A program made the translations under genes and the position numbers. From an uncultured delta proteobacterium (lineage in GTDB: Bacteria > Desulfobacterota > Desulfuromonadia > Desulfuromonadales > BM103): a stretch of 64,000 nt of DNA. Positions 10,762-21,473 of the stretch are shown here, piece after piece. The notes under the pieces are model-generated. The model did not search any database. It was not told the origin of the DNA and was given only the letters and a program-made list of their open reading frames with translations. Numbering within the stretch: the first letter of the stretch is position 1; each line of letters opens with the position of its first letter. The stretch is taken from NCBI GenBank assembly GCA_963715335.1, contig CAVQRZ010000026.1, positions 50,410 to 114,409 on the forward strand, in the 5' to 3' direction.

Positions 10762-12153
10762 CTATGACAAGGCATTTCCTGAGAGGTAGGCCTTGACCAC
10801 CTCGGTCTTCGCATCGATGATCTCGCAGCGCTTCTGCCGATTCTCCAGGCCATCCAGGCTCGACGGACGCTCCGGATCCCGACCGATGGCCTGGTTGACA
10901 GCCTCGGGGAACTTGGCCGGATGGGCCGTGGCCAGGCAGATCACCGGATAATCGCCGCCGGGAAGATCCTGGCCGGCTTTCACCCCGGTGGCCGTGTGCG
11001 GATCGAGGACATAGCCGGTTGCCGCGTAAAAATCCCGAATGGTTGCCAGGGTTTGCTCGTTGTCCACCGCCGCAGAGAGGAAGGTCTCGTTGACCTTGGC
11101 AATCTGCTCTGCCGTGAAGGAGAGCTGCCCCGCTGCCGAGAATTGCTGCATGGCGGCGGCCAGACGTGTCGAGTCCTTATCGAAAAGGTAGAAAAGATAG
11201 CGCTCCAGGTTGCTCGCATTCTGGATGTCCATCGAGGGCGAGAAGGTTGGATGGACATCGTCGATCGAGTAATCGCCGGCGTTGACAAAGCGTTCGAGGA
11301 TGTTGTTGGCATTGGTAGCGAGGACCAGCCTCTCAATCGGCAGTCCCATACGCATGGCGACATACCCCGCAAAGATATCACCGAAGTTGCCGGTCGGGAC
11401 CGAGAAGTAGACCTTAGCACAACCGGTCTGCTTGCGGACTTGCCCCCAGGCGTAGAAGTAGTAGACGACCTGGGCGAGGACCCTGGCCCAGTTGATCGAG
11501 TTGACCGCGCCGAGCGCGTATTTCTGTTTGAAGTCGAGATCGCCGAAGATCTCCTTGACGATTTGCTGGCCATCATCAAATGTGCCTTTGATAGCCAGAT
11601 TGAAAACATTCTCGTCGGTGACCGTCGTCATCTGCAACTCCTGCACCGGAGAGACCTTCTTGTGCGGGTGCAGGATGAATATGTTGATATTGCGTTTGCC
11701 GCGTACGCCGTAAATGGCCGCGCTGCCTGTGTCGCCGGAGGTCGCGCCAAGGATGTTCATGTGTGCGCCGGATTCTGCCAGCAGGTACTCGAAGAGGTTG
11801 CCGAGGAACTGCAGGGCGACATCCTTGAAGGCCAGGGTCGGACCATGGAAAAGTTCCAGGATGTAGACGCCGTCCTTGTGTAAAAGAGGCGTAATATCCT
11901 GGTGGTTAAAGGTTGTGTAGGAACGGTCAATCATCGATTTCAGATCGGCGGCCGGGATATCTTCGATGAAGTGGCTCATGACATGGAAGGCCAACTCCGG
12001 ATAGGCCAGTTTGGCCAGAGCGTCAAGATCACCCGGGGTAAGCTGCGGGATGGTCTCAGGAAGGAGCAGGCCGCCATCCTCGGCAAGACCCATCATGACC
12101 GCCTGCTTGAAGGGAATGTTCCGGACTTGCCCGCGAGTGCTCAGATATTTCAT
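10762..12153 (-). CDS. thrC: Threonine synthase
   Basis: MKYLSTRG, ELFHGPTLAFKD (PLP lysine), ATSGDTG, NSINWAR, VPTGNFG, SPSMDI, TAHPAKF. Confidence 0.96.
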   Translation of the reverse strand: MKYLSTRGQVRNIPFKQAVMMGLAEDGGLLLPETIPQLTPGDLDALAKLAYPELAFHVMSHFIEDIPAADLKSMIDRSYTTFNHQDITPLLHKDGVYILELFHGPTLAFKDVALQFLGNLFEYLLAESGAHMNILGATSGDTGSAAIYGVRGKRNINIFILHPHKKVSPVQELQMTTVTDENVFNLAIKGTFDDGQQIVKEIFGDLDFKQKYALGAVNSINWARVLAQVVYYFYAWGQVRKQTGCAKVYFSVPTGNFGDIFAGYVAMRMGLPIERLVLATNANNILERFVNAGDYSIDDVHPTFSPSMDIQNASNLERYLFYLFDKDSTRLAAAMQQFSAAGQLSFTAEQIAKVNETFLSAAVDNEQTLATIRDFYAATGYVLDPHTATGVKAGQDLPGGDYPVICLATAHPAKFPEAVNQAIGRDPERPSSLDGLENRQKRCEIIDAKTEVVKAYLSGNALS

Positions 12154-12261
12154 TGTAACGTCCTTGGCGTTGTTGTGTGGGGCGGCATTTTAGCAGTTGT
12201 AAGCAAAACAGGGAAGGGGAAACGCGGTTGTAAGCACAAGGTATCGGAAAACCATATTTAC

Positions 12262-12296
12262 AAAAAAGGAGGGGCAAGCCGTACTGGCTGCCCCTC
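12262..12296 (-). terminator. Rho-independent terminator after maeB
   Basis: Minus strand GAGGGGCAGCC-AGTAC-GGCTTGCCCCTC followed by CTTTTTT. Confidence 0.85.
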
Positions 12297-12334
12297 GAGA
12301 GATTCAAAATCTGGTGCTATCGAACAGCGTATGG

Positions 12335-14602
12335 TTATTTATTATTGTGTGCATATTCCTGGGCGTCGACGACGGCAACAGCAGCCATGTTGACGATGTC
12401 GGTGACATCGTCACCGCGCTGCAGGACATGGACCGGCTTCTTGGTGCCCATCAGGATGGGGCCGATCTGCTCGGCACCGCCCAGTTTATGCAGCAGCTTG
12501 TAGGCGATGTTGCCGGATTGCAGGTCCGGGAAAATGAAAACGTTGGCGTTGCCTTTGAGCTTGGAGAAGGGGTACTGCTTCTCTACGAGGTCCGGGTCAA
12601 GGGCAACATTGGCCTGGATCTCACCTTCAACGATTAGTTCCGGAGCCCTTTCCTTGACCAACTTGGTAGCTCTGGCAACCTTGTTGGTCAACGGGTGCTG
12701 GGCGCTGCCAAAGTTGGAGAAAGAGAGCATCGCAACCCTTGGCTCAACCTCAAAGTACTTGGCTTTTTCGGCCGTCAGGATCGCGGTCTCAGCCAGTTCT
12801 TCCGCGGTCGGTTCGATGGTCACGGTGGTGTCGGCGAAGAACACGGCCTCTTTCTTGGTGACCATCATGTACAGGCCATGAACCTTGGAGAGGTTGTCCT
12901 GCTTGCCGATGATCTCAAGGGCAGGGCGGATCGTTTCCGGGTAGTGGTGGCTGATGCCGGAAAGGAGGGTGTCCGCATCGCCTTTTTCGACCATCATGGC
13001 ACCGAAATAGTTGCGGTTCTTTTTGATCAGGCGCTTGGCTTCTGCCAGGGTGACGCCTTTGCGCTGACGCATGGCAAAGAGCGCATCAATGTATTCTTTG
13101 CGTTTGGGTGAATTCTCGGGGTCAATAATCTCTGCACCTGTAATATCTGCACCGAGTTCCTTGACGCGGGCTTCGATTTCTCCCCTGTTGCCGAGCAGTA
13201 TCGGCTTGGCGATGTTCTCATCAAGCAGGATCTGAGCAGCACGGATGATCTTGTCTTCTTCGCCTTCCGGGAAGACGATCCGCTTCGGGCAGGCTTTCGC
13301 CTTGTTGATCAGGGTCCGCATGACCGATTTCGAGCGGCCCTGCATCGCCTCCAGGCGTTCTCTGTATGCGTCCATGTCCTGAATGGGACGGCGTGCGACG
13401 CCGCTATCCATTGCCGCCTGCGCCACTGCAGGTGCAACGTGCAGCAGGACCCGTGGGTCAAAAGGCTTCGGGATGATATATTCGCGGCCGAACTTTATGA
13501 CCTCGCCGCCATACGCCTTGCGGACCGAGTCGGGAACGTCTTCTTTGGCAAGCTCGGCAAGCGCCATGACCGCCGCGAGTTTCATCTCGGCGTTGATTGC
13601 ACTGGCATGGGTATCGAGAGCGCCGCGGAAAAGGAACGGGAAGCAGAGCACGTTATTGACCTGGTTGTTGTAATCGGAGCGGCCGGTACCTATAATTACG
13701 TCGTCACGCACGGCTTTGGCTTCCGGCGGGGTAATCTCAGGATCAGGATTAGCCATCGCGAAGACGATCGGATCCTTGGCCATCGATTTCAGCATCTCAT
13801 TCGTGAGGGCACCTTTAGCGGAGACGCCGAAGAAGATATCTGCGCCCACCATGGCGTCCTCTAGGGTTCTGGCATCGGTTTCGGCGGCCAGGCGTTCCTT
13901 GTACACGTTCATCCCCTCGGTTCTGCCCTTGTAAATGACGCCCTTGGTGTCGCAAAGGATGACCTTGTTATTGTCGATGCCCATGGTGATGGCGAGATTG
14001 GCGCAGGCAATACCGGCGGCTCCGGCACCATTGACGACAATTTTGACGTCCTCGATCTTCTTGCCTATGATTTCCAGGGCGTTGATCATGCCTGCGGCAG
14101 AGATGATGGCCGTGCCGTGCTGGTCATCGTGGAACACCGGGATATTCATGATCTCCTGGAGCTTCTCTTCGATGTAGAAGCACTCAGGACCTTTGATATC
14201 TTCCAGGTTGATGCCGCCAAAGGTCGGTTCGAGCAGTTTGACGGTGCGAATCAGTTCATCCGAGTCCTTGGTATCGATTTCAATGTCAAAGACGTCAACA
14301 TCGGCGAAACTCTTGAAGAGAACCCCTTTGCCTTCCATGACAGGTTTGCCGGCCAGTGCGCCTATATCGCCAAGGCCGAGGACTGCTGTGCCGTTGGAAA
14401 CGACGGCAACCAGGTTCCCCTTGGCGGTGTATTCGTATGCGTCATCCGGGTTCTTCGCAATTTCCAGGCAAGGTTCTGCAACCCCAGGGCTGTAGGCAAG
14501 TGCAAGATCCCTGCTGGTTGCGCATGGTTTGGTGGTAATAACTTCGATCTTGCCTTTACGCCCCATCGAGTGGTAATCAAGTGCTTCCTGACGTTTTGAC
14601 AT
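12335..14602 (-). CDS. maeB: NADP-dependent malic enzyme with C-terminal phosphotransacetylase-like domain
   Basis: [59 protein letters not shown]-like [16 protein letters not shown]. Confidence 0.96.
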   Translation of the reverse strand: MSKRQEALDYHSMGRKGKIEVITTKPCATSRDLALAYSPGVAEPCLEIAKNPDDAYEYTAKGNLVAVVSNGTAVLGLGDIGALAGKPVMEGKGVLFKSFADVDVFDIEIDTKDSDELIRTVKLLEPTFGGINLEDIKGPECFYIEEKLQEIMNIPVFHDDQHGTAIISAAGMINALEIIGKKIEDVKIVVNGAGAAGIACANLAITMGIDNNKVILCDTKGVIYKGRTEGMNVYKERLAAETDARTLEDAMVGADIFFGVSAKGALTNEMLKSMAKDPIVFAMANPDPEITPPEAKAVRDDVIIGTGRSDYNNQVNNVLCFPFLFRGALDTHASAINAEMKLAAVMALAELAKEDVPDSVRKAYGGEVIKFGREYIIPKPFDPRVLLHVAPAVAQAAMDSGVARRPIQDMDAYRERLEAMQGRSKSVMRTLINKAKACPKRIVFPEGEEDKIIRAAQILLDENIAKPILLGNRGEIEARVKELGADITGAEIIDPENSPKRKEYIDALFAMRQRKGVTLAEAKRLIKKNRNYFGAMMVEKGDADTLLSGISHHYPETIRPALEIIGKQDNLSKVHGLYMMVTKKEAVFFADTTVTIEPTAEELAETAILTAEKAKYFEVEPRVAMLSFSNFGSAQHPLTNKVARATKLVKERAPELIVEGEIQANVALDPDLVEKQYPFSKLKGNANVFIFPDLQSGNIAYKLLHKLGGAEQIGPILMGTKKPVHVLQRGDDVTDIVNMAAVAVVDAQEYAHNNK

Positions 14603-14761
14603 CTTTCCTGCCTCCTTAGGCTTGGTTGTTTAAGCCAACTTTTGTTAAGGTTTTTTGTTATTAGTAAATATTTTTAGCAATATTAAAAAACTTAGATAAT
14701 GCTTCCTGACACTTTTTGTCAAGAAAAAACGGCCACAACTCCTGATCAGTCCTGCAAATAC

Positions 14762-14777
14762 AGCAATGCTGATGCCA
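14762..14777 (-). promoter_or_regulatory. sigma54 (-24/-12) promoter upstream of maeB
   Basis: Minus strand TGGCATCAGCATTGCT, near-consensus, ~160 bp upstream of maeB. Confidence 0.7.
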
Positions 14778-15055
14778 AAATGGTAAAAAGTGTGAACCTG
14801 GCATGAAAGATCTTTGAACATCACTAAAATATCGCTTTTATCTGATGCGTCAAGCGCTGTTATCTTTTAAAACGGTTATTGATAAACAAATAGATGGCGG
14901 AAATCGGCCAGGTCGGGCGGCTATTGATCGTTATCAGGAAGATTGACAAGGCGTAGTCAAGGCGTTTTACTATAAATACTTTCCCGCAACGTGAAAACGC
15001 TTGTCATACTTTTGCCGAAGTTGTCGTCTGTTGATCATTTAGCGGTGGTTTACCC

Positions 15056-15544
15056 TTGAGAATAGCTGTCTTTTCAGATACCCACCTTGGCGATACATCA
15101 GAAGCCCGGTCTTTTCTCCTCGAATTGGTGGAAGGTCTGCTCGATCCGATCGACATGATAATCCATGCGGGGGACCTGGTTGCCCTTGACCTGCTCGACG
15201 TCTTTGACGGCTACCCGGTACATATCGTGCGTGGCAATATGGATCCGTCTTCTCCTGACATCCCGATCAAGAAAGTTATCCGTATCAACGGCTTCAAGAT
15301 CGGCCTGATTCACGGCTGGGGGCCGGCTGAAGGGATCGAAGCAAGAATTTACAAAGAATTCAGTACGATCCCAATTGATTGCCTGGTTTACGGGCATAGC
15401 CATGTGCCGGTATGCCATGTACGCGACGGGGTCCTGTTCTTTAACCCCGGCAGCGCTACGGATCGGCGCAGCATGTCCTGCCACACCGTCGGTCTTCTGG
15501 AGATCGGTACAGGCATCAGGGGCACGATTGTACAACTCGATTGA
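15056..15544 (+). CDS. YfcE-family metallophosphoesterase
   Basis: SDTH, HAGD, VRGNMD, IHG, YGHSH, NPGS motifs. Confidence 0.9.
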   Translation: MRIAVFSDTHLGDTSEARSFLLELVEGLLDPIDMIIHAGDLVALDLLDVFDGYPVHIVRGNMDPSSPDIPIKKVIRINGFKIGLIHGWGPAEGIEARIYKEFSTIPIDCLVYGHSHVPVCHVRDGVLFFNPGSATDRRSMSCHTVGLLEIGTGIRGTIVQLD

Positions 15545-15576
15545 TGTTAAGATCTTTGACCCTGGAGATATGACTT

Positions 15577-16053
15577 ATGGATCGTTTGTGGGCGCCATGG
15601 CGCCTGGAATACATACAGAAGCCGGAAGCGGAAGAGTGCATTTTCTGTGTCGATGCTGACAATGCCAGTGATTCCGGACGACTCATCGTGTCACGTGGGG
15701 ATACCTGCTATGTGATGATGAACCGTTACCCTTACTCCAACGGGCATCTGATGGTTTCACCTTATCGCCATCTCGCCGATCCTGCAGACCTTGAAGGGCC
15801 GGAGATCCAGGAACTCCATCGTTTGATGGTCCTCTGTCAGGCCGTTTTGCGTAGCAGCTGCTCTGCCCAGGGGTTTAATGTCGGCTGGAATTTTGGCCAG
15901 GCAGCCGGGGCGGGGATTGCCGCACACATCCATATGCATATCGTGCCGCGCTGGGCGGGAGACAGCAACTTCATGCCGATTCTTGCGGACACCAGGATTA
16001 TTCCGCAACATATCGAAAAGACGTATACTTTACTGACCAAGGCTTTTTCCTGA
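15577..16053 (+). CDS. HIT-family hydrolase (Ap4A phosphorylase-like)
   Basis: LWAPWR, CIFC, NRYPYSNGHLMV, AGAGIAAHIHMHIVPRW histidine triad. Confidence 0.9.
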   Translation: MDRLWAPWRLEYIQKPEAEECIFCVDADNASDSGRLIVSRGDTCYVMMNRYPYSNGHLMVSPYRHLADPADLEGPEIQELHRLMVLCQAVLRSSCSAQGFNVGWNFGQAAGAGIAAHIHMHIVPRWAGDSNFMPILADTRIIPQHIEKTYTLLTKAFS

Positions 16054-16162
16054 AACAGCACAGCTTTTCGTTGTAATCGTCAGTAGAAACCAATAAAATT
16101 AGCCCCATTGCTTGGGTGCTCATCACTCTACTCATTTTCGTTCCTGGAGGAGATTTCGATAT

Positions 16163-16762
16163 ATGTGGCTTGTTATCCAAAAAGGCGGGTACCTCATGTA
16201 CCCGATCGCTCTTTGTTCAATTTTAGCTCTTGGGATCTTCCTCGAACGGCTCTGGACCTACATCAAGGTTCGCAGGGAGTTCAGGGAGCTTGCCCATCAA
16301 GTTGAACCGCTGGTGGCAAAAGACCACCGCGAAGACGCTATCACCGTATGTCATAAATCCAACTCGCCATTGGCGCAGGTTTTTCTTGCCGCTCTGCGTG
16401 CCGCAGGGCGCAGTCGTGAACAGATCAAGGCCGTGGTCGAAGAGACCGGTCGCCGTGAGGCTGCCCCGTTGCAGCGCTTTTTAGGCCTGTTGGGAACCAT
16501 CGCGACAATCTCGCCTTTGCTGGGATTGCTCGGTACGGTCCTTGGCATGATCCGGGCTTTCAACGTGATTGCCAGCCAGGGAATGGGAACTCCTGCTACC
16601 CTTGGTGGAGGAATATCGGAAGCACTGATCACGACTGCTGCAGGTATGACCGTCGCCATACCGGTCATCCTGGCGCACCGTTATCTGTCCAGCAGGCTCG
16701 ATCAGTTGATTATTGAAATGGAAGATTACTCTCTTCGACTTGTTGAACTGTTGGGTAAGTAA
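16163..16762 (+). CDS. MotA/TolQ/ExbB proton channel protein
   Basis: SD GGAGGAG; TIATISPLLGLLGTVLGMI, GGISEALITTAAG. Confidence 0.92.
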   Translation: MWLVIQKGGYLMYPIALCSILALGIFLERLWTYIKVRREFRELAHQVEPLVAKDHREDAITVCHKSNSPLAQVFLAALRAAGRSREQIKAVVEETGRREAAPLQRFLGLLGTIATISPLLGLLGTVLGMIRAFNVIASQGMGTPATLGGGISEALITTAAGMTVAIPVILAHRYLSSRLDQLIIEMEDYSLRLVELLGK

Positions 16763-17170
16763 ATGAGCTTTCTGCGCAAAACGAGTGAAGAACCACGCAT
16801 CGACCTCACACCGATGGTCGATGTGGTTTTTCTTCTGCTGATATTTTTCATGATCTCCACAACTTTTGTGGAAAGCCCGGGAATTTCGATCAAACTCCCT
16901 GAAGCCTCTTCGCAGTCGATTGAGCGTGAGCCCCGGGAACTCAAGATATATCTTTCCACCGAAGGTGATATTTATTATCTCGACCGTAAAATTTCCATCA
17001 CTGACTACAAACGATTGCTGTCCGAGCATCAGTCTGCCGCTGACACCACGACCATCCTGCTCCTCGCCGACCAGGAATCGCGTCATGGCAAAGTCGTCAC
17101 GCTGATGGACCTCGCCCGCGATGCCGGCTTCGTCAAGTTGGCGATCGCTACCGAGCAGCGCAAGAAATAG
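16763..17170 (+). CDS. ExbD/TolR family protein
   Basis: IDLTPMVDVVFLLLIFFM, AD...HGKVV..MD. Confidence 0.92.
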   Translation: MSFLRKTSEEPRIDLTPMVDVVFLLLIFFMISTTFVESPGISIKLPEASSQSIEREPRELKIYLSTEGDIYYLDRKISITDYKRLLSEHQSAADTTTILLLADQESRHGKVVTLMDLARDAGFVKLAIATEQRKK

Positions 17171-17265
17171 GGGACTGACCCAACAGGGGCCGCGTCCCGG
17201 TGTTTGGCTGTTGGGTGACCGGTGAAAAAACCTGTCACTCCATCGATGGCCGGAGGAATGTGTTC

Positions 17266-18369
17266 ATGAGCCGAACTATTGCAATATTAACCGGGGGCGG
17301 AGATTGCCCAGGACTGAATGCGGTCATCCGAGGGGTGGTGCGCAGCGCTGTCCTCAAACGCAACTGGCGCGTGATAGGTATTGAGGATGGTTTTGACGGC
17401 CTGGTGGGCGAACCTCGCTGGCGTGAACTGACGCTTGAGTCAGTGCGTGGTATTTTACCTCGTGGCGGAACAATTCTCGGGACCAGTAATCGTGGCAATC
17501 CGCTTGCTTATCCTGTCGTTGAAAATGGCCAGACGCGTTTGCTCGACGTCTCGCATGGAGTCGTCGGCAATTTCAATAAGCTGGGGCTCGATGCGTTGAT
17601 TGCGGTCGGTGGTGACGGCACGCTAAAAATTGCCCGAGCCCTCCAGGAGCTGGGAATGCCGATGGTCGGGGTACCGAAAACCATCGATAATGACCTGCGT
17701 GGCACGGATGTGACCTTCGGCTACAATACGGCAGTGGGGATAGTCACAGAGGCACTGGACAGGCTGCACACAACGGCAGAAAGCCACCACCGGGTCATGG
17801 TGGTTGAAGTTATGGGCCGCGACGCCGGCTGGATTGCCCTCGAGTCGGGTATTGCGGGATCTGCAGATATCATCCTGATCCCGGAAATACCTTTTGATCT
17901 GGCAGCAGTGTGTGATGCGATCAGTCAACGCAAGGCAATGGGCAGAAAGTTTTCCATAGTCGTCGTTGCGGAGGGGGCCTTCCCGGCAGATGGCCACAAG
18001 GTCGTGCAGGTGACCTCGGACGAGAATAGTGGTGTTGAGCGCCTCGGCGGAGTCGGTGCCTTTGTTGCTGATGAAATCTCACGGCGCATGCAGATGGAGA
18101 CGCGGGTCGTTGTGCTGGGCCACGTTCAGCGCGGTGGGACGCCATCGCCGTTTGACAGGATCCTCGGCTCCCGTTTCGGGGTCAAGGCCGTTGAATTGAT
18201 CGAGCAAGGGCAATTCGGGCGCATGGTCTCCCTGCAGGGACGTGATGTTTGTGACGTCGAAATCGAGGTCGCGGTTGATTCACTCAATCGTGTTGACCCT
18301 GACGGGAGTCTGGTCAGGTCGGCCGAGGCCCTGGGTATCGTGCTGGGAAAGAAACGGGGCAATTCTTAA
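17266..18369 (+). CDS. pfkA: 6-phosphofructokinase (PfkA family, group III type)
   Basis: TGGGDCPGLNAVIR, GGTILGT, GGDG, PKTIDND, EVMGR, LGHVQRGG; SD GGAGG before ATG 17266. Confidence 0.93.
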   Translation: MSRTIAILTGGGDCPGLNAVIRGVVRSAVLKRNWRVIGIEDGFDGLVGEPRWRELTLESVRGILPRGGTILGTSNRGNPLAYPVVENGQTRLLDVSHGVVGNFNKLGLDALIAVGGDGTLKIARALQELGMPMVGVPKTIDNDLRGTDVTFGYNTAVGIVTEALDRLHTTAESHHRVMVVEVMGRDAGWIALESGIAGSADIILIPEIPFDLAAVCDAISQRKAMGRKFSIVVVAEGAFPADGHKVVQVTSDENSGVERLGGVGAFVADEISRRMQMETRVVVLGHVQRGGTPSPFDRILGSRFGVKAVELIEQGQFGRMVSLQGRDVCDVEIEVAVDSLNRVDPDGSLVRSAEALGIVLGKKRGNS

Positions 18370-18379
18370 AGGAGAGGCC

Positions 18380-20383
18380 GTGTTAATTACCGAGGTCCTG
18401 GGTGGCAAAAGCGGCAAGCGTGATGTCGCCTACGCAATTTGCGGCATGCTCCTCGGTGTCATGGCTCCACTAGGCTGGATAACCCTGCGCCTGATCCTGT
18501 TCTGGGATGACGGCAGCTCACTCGCCAGCCAGGTCGTCACAGATATCATGGCCACGCAACAGAGCCGCTACATGTATTCCTACATGTGTGGTGGAACCAT
18601 GGTCGTCCTGGGTTTCTTTGGGTTCTTCATCGGCCGGGCATCTCAACAGATCCATGATCGGGCGTTGAAACTCGATCTCCTCAACCAGAATGTCGCTGAG
18701 CAGAAAACCAATTTCGAGCATCGCTTCACTGAACTTGACCGCAGCATCAAGAACTTTCACATCATCAATACGGATCTCCAGAGGAGCATCAACCGCCAGG
18801 AAATCCTGCGTCTGTCAGCTGACGGGCTACACGATGTCATCGGCTTTGACCGCGTCAATATCCTGATGTTGAGTGAAGACCGGCAACAGCTTTTTTTCTC
18901 GGTCTGCCGTGGCGCCAATCTGGATGATAATGTCAACATCAAGCTACCTTTCGATGAACGAGCGGGTTGCCTGTACAAGTCGGTTGCCGACCGTCAGGTG
19001 ATGCTGATCGACGACATCGCCAAGATGCCTGAAGAGTACCATCTGCGCCCACCGTGCGACAGCGTCCCGCAGCTGCGGTCGCGTAACTTTATCCTTTGCC
19101 CGATCATTATTCGTAACCAGGCGATTGGTTTGCTGGCCGTCGATAATAAATACAAGCGGCACAAGCTGGTCGATACAGACGTTGATACGGTCAAACTCTT
19201 CGCAGACCAGATCTCTTCTTCTATGATGCGCATCAACCTTCTCGACGCCGTGGAGACGCTCACCCAACAACTTGAACACACCTTCAATGAATTTCTCAAG
19301 TACCGCAATGAACATGCTGATCTGATAACGTCTTTACGTCGCGCCACATCATCAACGACCAGCGCAACTGCGGATATTTCCGGTGGGGCGGGCATCATCC
19401 AGGAATCAGTCAATTCGACCCGCTCAGCAGTCGGCCAGATCTCGGTATCTATCGAACAGGTCTCCAACAGCCTGAAAGCTCTCAACGAATTCATGGAGAG
19501 TTCGGTCGCTTCCATGACCGAAATCCAGTACACCATCAGCGCCGTCGAAGAAAGCAGTGCCAGGTCGCACGCCATGTCGGAAAAAGTCAAGGAGCGAGCC
19601 GAGCATGGTGTTGAAACGGTCAACCATGTTCTCAAGGGGTTGCGTGGGATTGTGACGTCTGTCGAGCATGCCGGAGATGTCATTAACAACCTGTCTGAAA
19701 AAGGCGAAGAGGTTGGGATGGTGACCTCGGTGGTGACCGAGTTAACGCAGAAGACCAGCCTGCTTGCTCTCAACGCAGCAATCATCGCCGCTCAGGCCGG
19801 TGAACACGGCCGTTCGTTTGCGGTGGTCGCTGACGAAGTCAGGTCCCTTGCGCAGGAATCAGCGATGTCGACAGACCGGATCAATCAGATTATTGAGGAG
19901 ATCCAGAGATATACGCGAGAGACAGTAGAGCACATCAATTCGACGACAAAGCTGGTCAAACAGGGGATGGAGCAGGGGGTGGAGATGGCGGACGTGCTCG
20001 CCCAGATCCTGGACAGTTCTCATCAGGCCATGGAAATGGCACATGACATCCGTAAATCGACCCGGGAAATTTCGACGTCGGTAGTCGGCGTGAGAAATTC
20101 GATTGAGGAACTGGGTGTGATGTCGTCGCAGGTTTCCAGAGCCTCCCGTGAGGAGGCCAATGGCGCCAAGAGTATCGTCGCTGCGGTTGAAGAAGTCCGG
20201 GCGATGGCTGACGACATGGTGAACGCCACGTCACAACAGACTGACAACACCCGACAGATCGAGACCTCGGTGGATCGGGTCAGCGATATGGCGCAACGGA
20301 TCTTCGATGAGATGGATGCCCGCCGCAAGGGCAGCCTGCAGGTTATAGATGATCTGCGCAGGCTGAAAGAGAAGACCGTCTGA
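18380..20383 (+). CDS. Methyl-accepting chemotaxis protein with two TM helices and a cytoplasmic GAF domain
   Basis: GTG start after GGAGAGG; two hydrophobic segments; GAF-like FDRVNILML...LCPIII...IGLLAVDN; signalling tip LLALNAAIIAAQAGEHGRSFAVVADEVRSLA. Confidence 0.88.
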   Translation: MLITEVLGGKSGKRDVAYAICGMLLGVMAPLGWITLRLILFWDDGSSLASQVVTDIMATQQSRYMYSYMCGGTMVVLGFFGFFIGRASQQIHDRALKLDLLNQNVAEQKTNFEHRFTELDRSIKNFHIINTDLQRSINRQEILRLSADGLHDVIGFDRVNILMLSEDRQQLFFSVCRGANLDDNVNIKLPFDERAGCLYKSVADRQVMLIDDIAKMPEEYHLRPPCDSVPQLRSRNFILCPIIIRNQAIGLLAVDNKYKRHKLVDTDVDTVKLFADQISSSMMRINLLDAVETLTQQLEHTFNEFLKYRNEHADLITSLRRATSSTTSATADISGGAGIIQESVNSTRSAVGQISVSIEQVSNSLKALNEFMESSVASMTEIQYTISAVEESSARSHAMSEKVKERAEHGVETVNHVLKGLRGIVTSVEHAGDVINNLSEKGEEVGMVTSVVTELTQKTSLLALNAAIIAAQAGEHGRSFAVVADEVRSLAQESAMSTDRINQIIEEIQRYTRETVEHINSTTKLVKQGMEQGVEMADVLAQILDSSHQAMEMAHDIRKSTREISTSVVGVRNSIEELGVMSSQVSRASREEANGAKSIVAAVEEVRAMADDMVNATSQQTDNTRQIETSVDRVSDMAQRIFDEMDARRKGSLQVIDDLRRLKEKTV

Positions 20384-20483
20384 GGGGTGGTAGAGATAAA
20401 AGAGCAGGTTGTTGTTTTATCTTCGAGCCTGCGGAATCCGTTGTTGCTGCCGCCTTGTCTGCTCGGCTGGTCTCAAACGTAGC

Positions 20484-21473
20484 TTATTCCAGCGGCCGTT
20501 TCTCGTTAGGTTCGTTGTCCTGTTGCCACCATTTTTCCTGTTGAATCTCTGCGTGGCGAACTATCTGGGCCGGACAGGCGTCCCTTTCTGGGCAGTCATG
20601 TCGTCGACAGGGTTCGACATGGATCGTTACGTCTGTGCCGATAATCTCATCGCCGATTTTTTTCTCTATGTAGTCAGTGATGTCGTGGGCCTCTTCGACC
20701 GAGAGATGCTTGCATACGGTCAGGTGGAAATCGATCAGCTTCTGTGATCCGGCTCGCCGTGTCCGCAGGTTATGGTAACCGAACAAGTCGTGCTTGTGTT
20801 CCTCAATTAAATCCTCAATCTCCTTGCGCACGGTTTCGGGTAGCTGTTCGTCGAGGATATCCCTCAGGCCATGGCGCAAGAGCCGCAGCGATTCAAAGAG
20901 GATATAGCATGCGACCAGGATCGACATGACCGGGTCCAGCCATGGCAGGTTGAACCAGGTCATGAGGACCAGGCCGATAAGCAGGGCCAGGTTGGTGTAA
21001 ACATCCATTGAAAAGTGTAGTGAGTCAGCCTCGAGTGCGGACGAATCTGTTGCTTTGGCGACCTCGCGCAGGTGACGGCTGATCAGGTAGGAGGCAAAGA
21101 TGCTGATGGACATGACAGCAATGCCGATGCCGGTTTGTCTGATCGGGCTGGAAACGATTATGCGCTGTATGGCCTCGTAAATGATCCAGGCGCCGGACAG
21201 GGCAATGACTACTGATTGAAAAAGGGTCGCCAGGGTTTCGAACTTGCCGTGCCCGTAAGGATGCTGCTCGTCCGCCGGTTGCTCGGCCTGCCGAATGGCC
21301 ATGAGGTTGATGCCGGACATGAGAATGTCCATCAGCGAGTCTATAGCCGAGCTCAGCACTGCCAGGCTGCCGGTAAAAACACCGGTGAGGAGTTTCAGGA
21401 CTGCCAGGCACAGTGCGGTGAACACTGAAAGCCGGGCTGCGGCCATTTTGGGTGAACGGGTTGTCTGTGTCAT
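20484..21473 (-). CDS. Cation diffusion facilitator (FieF-like)
   Basis: SLAVLSSAIDS..D, PADEQHPYGHGKFE, ADSLHFSMD, HDITD, IHVEP. Confidence 0.9.
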   Translation of the reverse strand: MTQTTRSPKMAAARLSVFTALCLAVLKLLTGVFTGSLAVLSSAIDSLMDILMSGINLMAIRQAEQPADEQHPYGHGKFETLATLFQSVVIALSGAWIIYEAIQRIIVSSPIRQTGIGIAVMSISIFASYLISRHLREVAKATDSSALEADSLHFSMDVYTNLALLIGLVLMTWFNLPWLDPVMSILVACYILFESLRLLRHGLRDILDEQLPETVRKEIEDLIEEHKHDLFGYHNLRTRRAGSQKLIDFHLTVCKHLSVEEAHDITDYIEKKIGDEIIGTDVTIHVEPCRRHDCPERDACPAQIVRHAEIQQEKWWQQDNEPNEKRPLE

